A DNA stretch of 64,000 nucleotides from an uncultured Acidimicrobiaceae bacterium (GTDB lineage Bacteria > Actinomycetota > Acidimicrobiia > Acidimicrobiales > RAAP-2). A program made the position numbers and the translations under genes. Location of the stretch: positions 291,737 to 355,736 of the forward strand of contig CAWKJX010000012.1 in the NCBI GenBank assembly GCA_963850095.1, read 5' to 3'. The notes below the pieces were generated by a model, which had not been told where the DNA came from, made no database searches, and worked only from the letters and a program-made list of their open reading frames with translations. Shown piece by piece: positions 1 through 8,038 of the stretch (position 1 is its first letter; every line of letters starts with the position of its first letter).

Positions 1-226
1 ACCAGAGTGGATCGTGACCGTCGACGAAGGCGTCGGCTTCGACGCGCACGTGCTCCCCGACCGTCGTCTTGGCGGGCCGGCGGCCCTCGTCGACCCGGGG
101 CCGGACATCGCGTACCACCGGCCGCACCCACGACCGCGGCAGGGCAAGCGGAAGCGGCGGTGGTTCCTCGGGCGCTCCGGCGCGGGTGGCACGGCCAGCC
201 GGGGCGCGCGCAGACGGGGACTCCAT
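1..226 (-). CDS. glgE: GlgE-like alpha-1,4-glucan:maltose-1-phosphate maltosyltransferase, N-terminal 75 codons (gene runs off the window start)
   Basis: Own translation of the minus strand from ATG at 226 (GGAGGT about 11 nt upstream) gives MESPSARAP...RPVVRDVRPRVDEGRRPAKTTVGEHVRVEADAFVDGHDPLW. The DVRP-V--GRRPAK--VGE---V-A--F--GHD pattern is the conserved N-terminal domain of actinobacterial GlgE. It is absent from the ORF track because there is no stop inside the window. Confidence 0.55.
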   Translation of the reverse strand, partial: MESPSARAPAGRATRAGAPEEPPPLPLALPRSWVRPVVRDVRPRVDEGRRPAKTTVGEHVRVEADAFVDGHDPLW

Positions 227-580
227 CGTGGGTGGTTACCTCCTGATTGGCCCGTACCCGACGGCGCCGACACACAAACAGCCGCTGCGCTTTCGCGTCC
301 GTTCGCCGAATCGTCACGATGTGCGGCTCTGGTCGGCAGAGTCCGGGCCTGGTAAGGGCAGTGGCGCGCCTGCGGCCGTGGCCACTACGTGCGGCAGCGC
401 GAGACAGCGTTCACGGCGCCCGCTTTGGTCCGGACGGCGACCAGGGCGATGACGCAATCCCCGTGTGGCGCCCGCTCACTCAGGGGCGTCGCGGGAAAGG
501 AGTCGCCGAGATTCATTTTCGGCGGATCAGCGACGAAGACCATGCCCGAGGTCTTAGGGACGCCGGGGGTGGCCGTGGGT

Positions 581-937
581 TCAGCGCTTCTTCGCTTTGC
601 CGCCCTTGGCCAGGTCCCGCCAGTCGTCGGCCTCGATCTCGACGTCGAAACGCTTGGCGGCCCGGAGGATCCGGCTCCAGGCCTGATCGCGCTCATGGTC
701 GCTGACACCCTCGACCTGGTCGAACCGGGCCACCGCGTTGCGCACGTGGCCGGCGTCGACCAGCGGCTCCTTGCGCTCCTCGGGGAAGGCGAAGTCGTCG
801 TCGCGCAGCCGGTTCTCCTCTGCCGTGCTGAGCCCCGGCGAGCGCGGGACCCGGGCGCCCTGGGCGCGGGCACTCTGAACCTCGCGGGCCTTCTCGAGGT
901 TCTGCCGCGCCGCCTCTTTCTGACGTTCCGTAGCCAT
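581..937 (-). CDS. conserved hypothetical protein (DUF6582-like, 118 aa)
   Basis: This is the C-terminal part of track ORF 581..2128(-). The internal ATG at 937 gives MATERQKEAARQNLEKAREVQ...PLVDAGHVRNAVARFDQVEGVSDHERDQAWSRILRAAKRFDVEI. The HVRNA-ARF-QV motif is typical of a small actinobacterial family. The upstream part of the long ORF is antisense to the SDR gene. Confidence 0.55.
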   Translation of the reverse strand: MATERQKEAARQNLEKAREVQSARAQGARVPRSPGLSTAEENRLRDDDFAFPEERKEPLVDAGHVRNAVARFDQVEGVSDHERDQAWSRILRAAKRFDVEIEADDWRDLAKGGKAKKR

Positions 938-1207
938 CGGCCACCTCCTGCCTGGAGACGTGTGCCAGAAACGTACCCAGCGAGGCAGCCCCGGTAACAC
1001 CCGCCTCGGAGGGCAGCGGCCGGCGTCGGCCAGGCGACCAGGTGCGGGAGCGAGCGCATCGGGGCGGCAGGAATGGCTCCCCACGCGTCCCCGGGCTCGG
1101 CCGCCCGTGATCGAGGTCTGGGGGCGGACTCTCGGCGCCACCGCCCGAGAATCGCAATTCCGCCATTCGCTAATATCGTTGTCCCTGGACCTGGGGAGGG
1201 ATTGGCC

Positions 1208-1981
1208 GTGCGTACTGTCGTCGTTGGTGCTTCGAGTGGGCTGGGGCGTTGCATCGGCGTCGGGCTGACCCAGCGGGGAGCCGAGACCGTGCTCATGGCG
1301 CGGCGGCTGGAGCGCCTGGAGGCGGCCGCCAAAGAGGCGGGCCCCGGGACCTTGCCGGTGGCCTGTGACGTCACCAGCGCCGAGTCGTGCCGGGCGGCCA
1401 TGGACGCCGCGGTGGCCCACCTCGGTGGCCTCGACGCCCTCGTCTACACGCCGGCCATCGGTCCGCTGGCCAGCCTGGTCGACGTGGACGCCGATACGTG
1501 GCGGCGCGTGTTCGACACCAATGTCATTGGGGCCGCCCTGATGACGACGGCGGCCATTCCGCACCTGACGGCATCGGAGGGCATCGCCGTCTATCTGTCG
1601 TCGGTCAGCGCGTCGCTCACGCCGCCGTGGCCGGGACTGGGCGCCTACGCCGTCAGCAAGGCGGCGCTCGACAAGCTGGTCGAAGCCTGGCGGGTGGAAC
1701 ACCCCACCGTCGCGTTCACCCGCCTGGTGGTCGGCGACTGCGCCGGCGGCGAGGGCGACTCCATGACGGGCTTCGCCAACGATTGGGACCCCGACCGCGC
1801 CGTGCAGTTCGGGACGCAGTGGGTCGAGCGCAAGTACCTGGCCGACTCGCTCATCGACGTCGACCACCTGGTGACCATCGTCGACTCCCTCCTCCACAAT
1901 GGGGCCAGCCTCAGCCTGCACTCGGTCACCGTCGCCCCACGCCGCACCTCGGCCTCGCCACCCACCCCGACCCTGGGCTGA
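1208..1981 (+). CDS. short-chain dehydrogenase/reductase (SDR)
   Basis: In frame with ORF 1073..1981. The GTG at 1208 is preceded by GGGGAGGG. The N-terminus VRTVVVGASSGLG is a Rossmann TGxxxGxG-type motif, and YAVSKAAL is the catalytic YxxxK. Confidence 0.85.
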   Translation: MRTVVVGASSGLGRCIGVGLTQRGAETVLMARRLERLEAAAKEAGPGTLPVACDVTSAESCRAAMDAAVAHLGGLDALVYTPAIGPLASLVDVDADTWRRVFDTNVIGAALMTTAAIPHLTASEGIAVYLSSVSASLTPPWPGLGAYAVSKAALDKLVEAWRVEHPTVAFTRLVVGDCAGGEGDSMTGFANDWDPDRAVQFGTQWVERKYLADSLIDVDHLVTIVDSLLHNGASLSLHSVTVAPRRTSASPPTPTLG

Positions 1982-1993
1982 CGTGGCCGGCGG

Positions 1994-3169
1994 GTGTCGA
2001 GGGACATGACGGCCCGGCCCTATCCGTACGCGGCGCGCGCCTGGTGGGGCGAGGCCGTGGTGGCCGAATCCGACGCCTGCCTCCTGGTGGAGACCCCGGG
2101 GGCACCCTCCACCCTCTACTTTCCGCAAGCGGCCATCGACCTCTCGGCCCTCGACGGGGACGGGGCGCGTGACGTCGTCTCATTGGTGACGGAGCCGCCC
2201 GCACTGGCGGGCTACGGCGCCTTCGACACCGAGCGGGCGCACGTGCGGGTCGAGGTGCTCGACGGGCTCCCCGGCGACGACGCGCCCGACGTCACGGTGA
2301 AGGCGTTTCCGACCTGGGGTGACGCCCGCGACCTGGTCCGGGTCATGGACGTGCAACCCGACGGGGACCGCCGCTATGTCGGCGTGGCCCACACCGACGG
2401 GCGCCGGCCCGTGGTCGAAGGGAGCCAAATGCTGGGGCAGGCCATTGTGGCGGCGGGACGTCACGCGCCGGGACGCCGAGCCGTGGCCGGCGGCATGCTC
2501 TTCCTGCGCGGCGCCGACGCCGGTAAACCGCTGCATTTCGAACTCGAGGAGCTCAGCGCCGGCCGGACCTTCACGGGCCTGGCCGTGCGGGTGCTGCAGG
2601 AAGGGCGGTGCTGCGCCGCCGGCACGTTGCTGTTGGACACGACCGCGCCGGCCGTCGTGCGTCACGCGGCCAACGCGCCGGACGTGCCCGGCCCCTACGA
2701 GTGCCCGCCCAACGACATGGGCGTGACCGGTCGCGATCTGCGGGTGGTCGACGGTGCCTACACCAACGACCCCGACGCTCCGGTGGGGCCGCCGGTGCTC
2801 GACTGCTGGGTCCGCTTCCGCGACCTGCCGGACGACCCGGTGCTGCATGCCGGCCTGCTGGTGCAGTTCATGGGTCACATGCCGATCGCCGCCGGCCTGC
2901 GCCCCCACGCGGGCGTCGGCCAGGCGCAGGCCCACCGCACCCTCTCCACGGGGATCAACGCCATCAACCTGTCCTTGCACGGGCCCGTGCACGCGGACGA
3001 GTGGATGCTGTACCACCACCTCTCGACATTCGCCGGCGACGGCATGACGCACGCCGAGTGCCGGGTGCACACCGGGGGCGGCGAACTGCTGGCGTCCTTC
3101 TCGGTCGACGCCATGGTGCGGCCATTCACCGCCGGCGCCGGCGGGCGCGACGAGCGCACGGCGTTGTGA
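1994..3169 (+). CDS. DUF427-like N-terminal domain fused to acyl-CoA thioesterase II (TesB-type double hotdog)
   Basis: ORF 1994..3169 (391 aa). Residues about 10-100 (ARAWWGEAVVAESDACLLVETPGAPSTLYFPQAAIDLSAL...) look like the first half of a DUF427 domain. The rest aligns by eye with the stand-alone TesB-like gene at 22936 (shared RPHAGVGQAQAH[RK]TLSTG, FAGDG/YAGHG). Alternative start: ATG at 2006. Confidence 0.75.
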   Translation: MSRDMTARPYPYAARAWWGEAVVAESDACLLVETPGAPSTLYFPQAAIDLSALDGDGARDVVSLVTEPPALAGYGAFDTERAHVRVEVLDGLPGDDAPDVTVKAFPTWGDARDLVRVMDVQPDGDRRYVGVAHTDGRRPVVEGSQMLGQAIVAAGRHAPGRRAVAGGMLFLRGADAGKPLHFELEELSAGRTFTGLAVRVLQEGRCCAAGTLLLDTTAPAVVRHAANAPDVPGPYECPPNDMGVTGRDLRVVDGAYTNDPDAPVGPPVLDCWVRFRDLPDDPVLHAGLLVQFMGHMPIAAGLRPHAGVGQAQAHRTLSTGINAINLSLHGPVHADEWMLYHHLSTFAGDGMTHAECRVHTGGGELLASFSVDAMVRPFTAGAGGRDERTAL

Positions 3170-3849
3170 GCCTCTCGACCGGCCGCGGGCCGCTGAGCGG
3201 GCGCCCCGCCGGGCGCTTCACGGCGCCCGTCCCCGAAGGCGTGGCTTACATCGAGCCCTTCCGGCGGCGGGTGCGCGCCGTCAAGGACGAGCAGACGGTC
3301 GTCGACAGCGAGCGCGTCCTGCTCGTGCACCGGCCGGGCCGGCCCCCTTCCTACGCCTTCCCCGAGGGCGACGTGACCGGGGTGCCGACGCAGGCCGAGG
3401 CCGACACACCCGGCTACGTCTCCGTCGCCTGGGACGCCGCCGACGCCTGGCTCGAGGAGGACGAACAGGTGTTCGGGCACGCGCGGAACCCGTACCACCG
3501 GGTGGACTGCCTGCGCTCGGGGCGGCGGCTCCGAGTGGAGGCGGCCGGCCTGACTCTGGTCGACACCACCGAGACCCTGGCCGTCTACGAGACGGCGCTC
3601 GACCCACGTCTCTACGTCGACCCCCGACTGGTGCGGATGGACGTGCTCTCGCTCAGCGCCACCCACACCTACTGCCCCTACAAGGGCACGGCCAGCTACT
3701 GGACGGCGCGCGTCGGCGACGTCGTGCTCGAGGACGTCGCCTGGAGCTACGAGGACCCGCTGCCCGAGTCGACCCAGCTGGGGCACTTCCTGAGCTTCGA
3801 CGAGGCTCGCGTCGACGTCCACCACGACCTGCCTCCCGCCGCCTCCTGA
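3166..3849 (+). CDS. DUF427 domain-containing protein (two-domain form)
   Basis: The GTG at 3166 overlaps the upstream TGA (GTGA). It is in frame with ORF 2608..3849. The hallmark ATHTYCPYKGTASYWTARVGDVVLEDVAWSYEDPLPES matches the C-P-[YW]-K-G-x-A-x-Y-[YW] DUF427 signature. Confidence 0.8.
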   Translation: MSLSTGRGPLSGRPAGRFTAPVPEGVAYIEPFRRRVRAVKDEQTVVDSERVLLVHRPGRPPSYAFPEGDVTGVPTQAEADTPGYVSVAWDAADAWLEEDEQVFGHARNPYHRVDCLRSGRRLRVEAAGLTLVDTTETLAVYETALDPRLYVDPRLVRMDVLSLSATHTYCPYKGTASYWTARVGDVVLEDVAWSYEDPLPESTQLGHFLSFDEARVDVHHDLPPAAS

Positions 3850-3928
3850 CCCCCCGGGGAGGGAATTCGCCCACCGCTAAGGTGTGCCGCGGCGGATCCG
3901 GTACTGCGCCCGCGGCGCAAAGGGGGCT

Positions 3929-4765
3929 GTGTTGAAGACTTCTTTCGAGACCCTGCTGTACGAGGAGGACGACGGAGTCGCCACGGTCACGCTCAACCGG
4001 CCGGACGTCCACAACTCGTTCAACCTGCAGATGCAGTACGAGCTGAGGGAGTTGTGGACCGGCCTGCGCTGGTACGACGACGTGCGCGTGGTCATCCTGA
4101 CCGGAGCCGGGGAGAAGGCGTTCTGCTCGGGCATCGACCGCCAGGAGTCCATTGAGGAGGGCTACCTGGGCCACGCCACCGACCGCGACCCCAACCGGGC
4201 CGGGCCGGCGTCGACCCCGTTCATGTACAACGACCCGGGGGTCTTCATCAACCCCAAGGCGAACGACATGTGGAAACCGGTGATCGCCGCCGTCAACGGC
4301 ATGGCCTGCGGCGGCGCGCTCTACATGCTGGGCGAGGCCGACATCATCATTGCAGCGGAGAACGCCACCTTCTTCGACCCCCACGTCACCTACGGCATGG
4401 TGGCCGGGTTCGAGTCCATGCACCTGCTGCAGAAGCTCCCGCTCGGCGAGACCATGCGCCTGGTGCTGCTCGGGGCCCACGAGCGCATGTCGTCGGCGCG
4501 GGCCCACCAACTCGGTCTGGTCTCCGAGGTGGTGCCCCGCGAGGAGCTCCTGGAGCGGGCCATGTGGGTGGCCCGGGCCATCGCGTCGGCCCCGACGTAC
4601 GCCATTCAGGGCACGGTGCGGGCAGTGTGGCTGGCCCACGAGCTGTCCCGGCGCGACGCCATGGCGCAGGTGTCGAACTTCGTGTCCCTCGGCACGCAGT
4701 ACGAGAACATTGAGAGCGGGCAGGCCACGTTCCAGGGCGAACGCATCGAGTGGCGCTTGCGCTGA
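3929..4765 (+). CDS. enoyl-CoA hydratase/isomerase family (crotonase fold)
   Basis: In frame with ORF 3884..4765. The GTG at 3929 follows AAGGGGG. Sequence: VLKTSFETLLYEEDDGVATVTLNRPDVHNSF...VVILTGAGEKAFCSGIDR...AAVNGMACGGAL. Confidence 0.85.
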   Translation: MLKTSFETLLYEEDDGVATVTLNRPDVHNSFNLQMQYELRELWTGLRWYDDVRVVILTGAGEKAFCSGIDRQESIEEGYLGHATDRDPNRAGPASTPFMYNDPGVFINPKANDMWKPVIAAVNGMACGGALYMLGEADIIIAAENATFFDPHVTYGMVAGFESMHLLQKLPLGETMRLVLLGAHERMSSARAHQLGLVSEVVPREELLERAMWVARAIASAPTYAIQGTVRAVWLAHELSRRDAMAQVSNFVSLGTQYENIESGQATFQGERIEWRLR

Positions 4766-4816
4766 GTCATCTCCGGTGGCGGGCGGCGGGCGTCGGGCGT
4801 CGAGCGTCGACGCGAC

Positions 4817-4848
4817 GATCCGCCGACGCGTCTGGACGCCGGCGGATC
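4817..4848. terminator. GC-rich hairpin in convergent intergenic gap (candidate bidirectional terminator)
   Basis: GATCCGCCG-ACGCGTCTGGACGC-CGGCGGATC has 9-bp perfect arms plus inner GCGTC/GACGC pairing. It lies between the stop of the hydratase (4765) and the stop of the binding protein (4901). A second small hairpin, TTCGAA-N9-TTCGAA, follows at about 4878-4898. There is no U-tract. Confidence 0.4.
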
Positions 4849-4900
4849 GCCAGATACTTCTCGTGAGCGGTGATGTGATTCGAACGGCTGGCTTTCGAAC

Positions 4901-6235
4901 CTACGAGGCGTTCGCCGTCGACGTGCCCGGGATGTCGGTGCCGCAGACCGGCTGTGTCCCCGACGCCACCTTGAATCCGGTCTTCTCGGCCTCCATGACC
5001 CAGGCGCAGGTCTTGGCCGGGTCGTGCCCGAAGGCCGTCGAGTAGTTGATCGACTGAGGCAGCAGGCCGTTGGCGTTGTAGGACTTGAGGTTGCGCAGAT
5101 CAGAGATGACGGCGGCCCGGGTCGGGTTCTTCCCGGCCAGCTCCAGGCCCTTGATCATGAGGTCGGCCCCGGCCCACGCCTCGTACTGGCCGAAGTTCGG
5201 GAAGTCCGACTTCGAGAAGTGCGCGTACTTCTCCATGGCGGACTGCATCTGCTCTGTGCCGGCGTTGGCCAACGGCCACGGCCGGAACGGCGAGAGGAAG
5301 TAGGCACCTTGCAGGTCGGCCCAGGCCGGTGACTTGATCACGTCGGGCTCGTAGCCGGTGGCGTACAGCGTCGCCTTGAGCTTCACCCCGGCCTGGGCGA
5401 GCGCCGTGGCGAGGGCGTAGTTCGAATTGGTGTCCATGGCCGGGACCATGGCGTTGATCCCCGCCTGCTTGGCCGAAAGCGCCGCAGCGGTGAAGTCCAC
5501 GCTCCCGAAGGGCACGGTGGTGTCGATGACGCCGACCTTGCCGCCGGCGTGCTGGAACGAGTCTCCGGTGGAGATGGCGGCCCGGCTGGACGACGGCGAA
5601 ATGCCGTATCCGTACGAACCGAGCACCGTGCCGCCGTGCGCCTTGAGGAAGTTGCCGATTTCGGTGTTGACCGGATACTTGGGGTCGACGCTCCCCTCGT
5701 CGGAGGCGAACATGTTCGTGTAGGGCTGCTGGCCCCATTCCGGCCCGTCGGTGTAGGCCCCGGTGACCGGGACGCCGGCCTCCTGCGGGTACTTGGCGGC
5801 CAGGAAGAACAGGGGGCTCTGCGACACGATGCCGAACGCCTTGGAGTCGGCCTCCTGGACCGCGGTGGCGATCTCGGACGGGTTGGTCTGGTCGTCGATG
5901 ACGAGCGGGACCAGCTTGTGCCCGTCCACCCCGCCTTCGGCGTTCTGCAGGTCGATGCGCGCGTCGAACCCGGCAGGGGAGGTGGAGTTCTCCGCCCCAC
6001 CCTCTCCGGTCAGGTCCGTGACGTAGGCGATGGTGATCGGCGAGGCGGACGCGGACGCGGTGGCCGGGGCCGACGTGGTGGCGACCAGGGCCAGGGGCAG
6101 GCCGGCCACAGAGGCGGCGACGACGGTGCCGAAAGTCCGGAAACGGCGCTTGCCACCTTGCTTGCGAGCGCGTGTCGACCCAGAACGCGAGCGCCGTTCG
6201 GTGCCTGCGCCGGACGGGGTCATGAGTGGTTGCAT
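4901..6235 (-). CDS. ABC transporter substrate-binding protein, Leu/Ile/Val-binding (LivJ/K-like) family, secreted
   Basis: ORF 4901..6295(-). The ATG at 6235 gives MQPLMTPSG..RRFRTFGTVVAASVAGLPLALVATTSAPATASA (signal-like), then ITIAYVTDLTGEGG...NAEGGVDGHKLVPLVIDDQTNP. It is a paralogue of 52901..54166. Confidence 0.85.
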   Translation of the reverse strand: MQPLMTPSGAGTERRSRSGSTRARKQGGKRRFRTFGTVVAASVAGLPLALVATTSAPATASASASPITIAYVTDLTGEGGAENSTSPAGFDARIDLQNAEGGVDGHKLVPLVIDDQTNPSEIATAVQEADSKAFGIVSQSPLFFLAAKYPQEAGVPVTGAYTDGPEWGQQPYTNMFASDEGSVDPKYPVNTEIGNFLKAHGGTVLGSYGYGISPSSSRAAISTGDSFQHAGGKVGVIDTTVPFGSVDFTAAALSAKQAGINAMVPAMDTNSNYALATALAQAGVKLKATLYATGYEPDVIKSPAWADLQGAYFLSPFRPWPLANAGTEQMQSAMEKYAHFSKSDFPNFGQYEAWAGADLMIKGLELAGKNPTRAAVISDLRNLKSYNANGLLPQSINYSTAFGHDPAKTCAWVMEAEKTGFKVASGTQPVCGTDIPGTSTANAS

Positions 6236-6344
6236 GGAACGGATGCCCTCCCCCGGACCCCGAATCGGGATCCCTTTTCGGTTGCCTACCAACAACTGCC
6301 TATGAAGAGAATGAGAATAGCTCTTTCACCCTAGGCGAAGGGTG

Positions 6345-7091
6345 TTATTGTAACCCATCCGTAATGCCGGCGGGCGTCGCCTCGGCCTCGCCCAGGTAAC
6401 GGTCGATGACCTCCTGGCCGGCCTCGGCGGCCGGCCCCGACCAGCCCACGTGCCCCCTGGTCAGGATCACGCACCCGGTGGCCATGGAGAGGGCGCGGTG
6501 GACGAACTGCTCGGTCAGGACCAGGGTGATGCCCGAGCGACAGGCCTGCTCGAGTCCTTCGAAGACCGACTCGGTCACCAACGGAGCCAGGCCGAGGGAC
6601 ATTTCGTCGGCGATGATCACCTTGGGCGAGACGGCGAGCGCGCGCGCCAACGCCAGCATCTGCTGCTCGCCGCCGGACAGGCTGCCCGCCCGCTGCGTGC
6701 GGCGGTTGCCCAGCACCGGGAAATGCTCGATCGCCCGCTCTATGGCCTGGGGCCGGTCCGAGCGGCGCTCCTGGGCCACGGCCATGCGCAGGTTGTCGAT
6801 GACCGACAGGCCGGGAAAGATGCCACGCCCCTCCGGGATGTAGGTCAGCCCGAGCTTGCGGATGCGGTGGGGAGGCCGGCCCGTGATGTCCTCCCCGTCG
6901 AGGAACACCCGTCCGGCCGTGGCGGGGACGAGGCCCGATACCGCCCGGGCCAGGGTGCTCTTGCCGGCCCCGTTGGTGCCCAGGACGGCGAGCACCCCGC
7001 CCTTGGGGACCGAGATCGTCACGCCGAACAGCGCCTGGGAGGACCCGTAGCAGACGTCGAGGTCGCGCACCTCGAGGATGGGCTCGCTCAC
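6345..7091 (-). CDS. livF: branched-chain amino acid ABC transporter ATP-binding protein (LivF-like)
   Basis: ORF 6345..7091(-). The GTG start has GGAGGAG upstream. Motifs: GTNGAGKST (Walker A), LSGGEQQMLALARAL (signature), VIIADE (Walker B). Confidence 0.9.
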   Translation of the reverse strand: MSEPILEVRDLDVCYGSSQALFGVTISVPKGGVLAVLGTNGAGKSTLARAVSGLVPATAGRVFLDGEDITGRPPHRIRKLGLTYIPEGRGIFPGLSVIDNLRMAVAQERRSDRPQAIERAIEHFPVLGNRRTQRAGSLSGGEQQMLALARALAVSPKVIIADEMSLGLAPLVTESVFEGLEQACRSGITLVLTEQFVHRALSMATGCVILTRGHVGWSGPAAEAGQEVIDRYLGEAEATPAGITDGLQ

Positions 7092-7971
7092 GACTCCTCC
7101 GGCCGCAACCGTTCGCCCTCGACATCGAATCGACCTCGACCTCGACCTCGACCTTCACTTCGACGAGGGACGGCGACGGCACGGCCCGGGCCACGGTCGT
7201 CCGGCCGACCGGCTCGCCGTCGCCGAGGTAGGCCGCCCGCACGGCCGGGTCGTTGCGGATCTCCGCCGGGCTGCCGACGGCGATGCGCTCACCGAAGTCG
7301 AGCACGAAGACGATGTCCGACAGCGACAACACGGCGGCGACGTCGTGCTCGACCAGCACCATGGACAACGGGGGGTCCGACGCGTCGACGATCTGCCGGA
7401 AGACGCCGAGCAGGTTCTCCGAGGCCTTCATGTCGAGGCCGGACAGGGGCTCGTCGAGGAGGAGCACCCGGGGATCGCTGGCCAGCGCCCGCCCCACCTC
7501 GACCAGGCGGAGGATGCCGAGCGGCAGTGCGGCCACCGGAGCATTGGCCACCCGGGTCAGGCGCAGCATCTCGAGGATCCCGTCGATCCGTTCCTTCTCT
7601 TCCTTCGAAGGCGGGAGCAGCGACCGGGGGTCGAACATGTCGCGCCACAGGCGCTGACGCGCCACGCGGGCGCGGTGGGCCAGGGTCAGGTGCTCACTCA
7701 CCGTGAGGCCCACGAAGAGCTCGGGTTGCTGGAACGTGCGGGCCAGCCCCATCCTCGCCCGGGCCCGGGGGGACGCGTTCGTCACGTCTTCGCCGCAGAG
7801 CCATACCCGCCCGGCGTTGGCCCGCTGCAGGCCCGAGAGCACGCCGAGGAGCGTCGACTTCCCGGCGCCGTTCGGGCCGACCAGGCCGGCGATGTGTCCG
7901 GGCTCGACCTCCAGGGAGACCTCGGAGAGAGCCAGGAGGCCGCCGAAGCGGACGCTGACGTCCTCGGCCAC
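7088..7971 (-). CDS. livG: branched-chain amino acid ABC transporter ATP-binding protein (LivG-like), no in-frame stop as sequenced
   Basis: The ATPase frame is track ORF 6331..8088(-): VAEDVSVRFGGLLAL..GPNGAGKSTLL..LPLGILRLVEVGRAL..LLLDEPLSGLD..AAYLG. That frame stays open through the whole livF gene to 6331. The +1-shifted frame ends ...FDVEGERLRPEES-TGA at 7088-7090, overlapping the livF GTG (GTGA). I infer a 1-nt deletion between about 7092 and 7130. The start is either GTG 7971 or, with a further indel near 7980, the GTG at 8042 overlapping the permease stop. Confidence 0.75.
7131..7154. repeat. hexanucleotide tandem repeat (CGACCT)x4 with degenerate flanking copies (about 7118-7166)
   Basis: The plus strand reads cgacct cgacct cgacct cgacct directly. 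On the minus strand it encodes the (EV)n tail VEVKVEVEVEVD of LivG, next to the inferred frame break. Confidence 0.9.
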
Positions 7972-8038
7972 GAGCGCCGGCCCCGAAGCACGGCCGCACC
8001 GTCGCCCGCCGTCAGGTCGGCCGTCGTAGGGACGGTCG

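Noticed and set aside
247-580. ORFs in the gap between glgE and the DUF6582-like gene (247..705+, 389..997+), and a 43-codon minus-strand ORF 385..516 (MNLGDSFPATPLSERAPHGDCVIALVAVRTKAGAVNAVSRCRT).
   Set aside because: The long ones are Arg-rich shadows. The small ORF has G/C-rich third positions but no RBS, no recognisable family and an odd composition. The evidence is too weak to call it.
7118-7166. Short tandem repeats considered as a possible CRISPR or minisatellite element: (CGACCT)4 here, (ATCGCC)3 at 58316-58333 and (GAG)5 at 57068-57082.
   Set aside because: The units are 3-9 bp, contiguous with no spacers, and lie inside coding frames where they encode (EV)n, (IA)n and E5. They are ordinary in-frame microsatellites, not CRISPR arrays.
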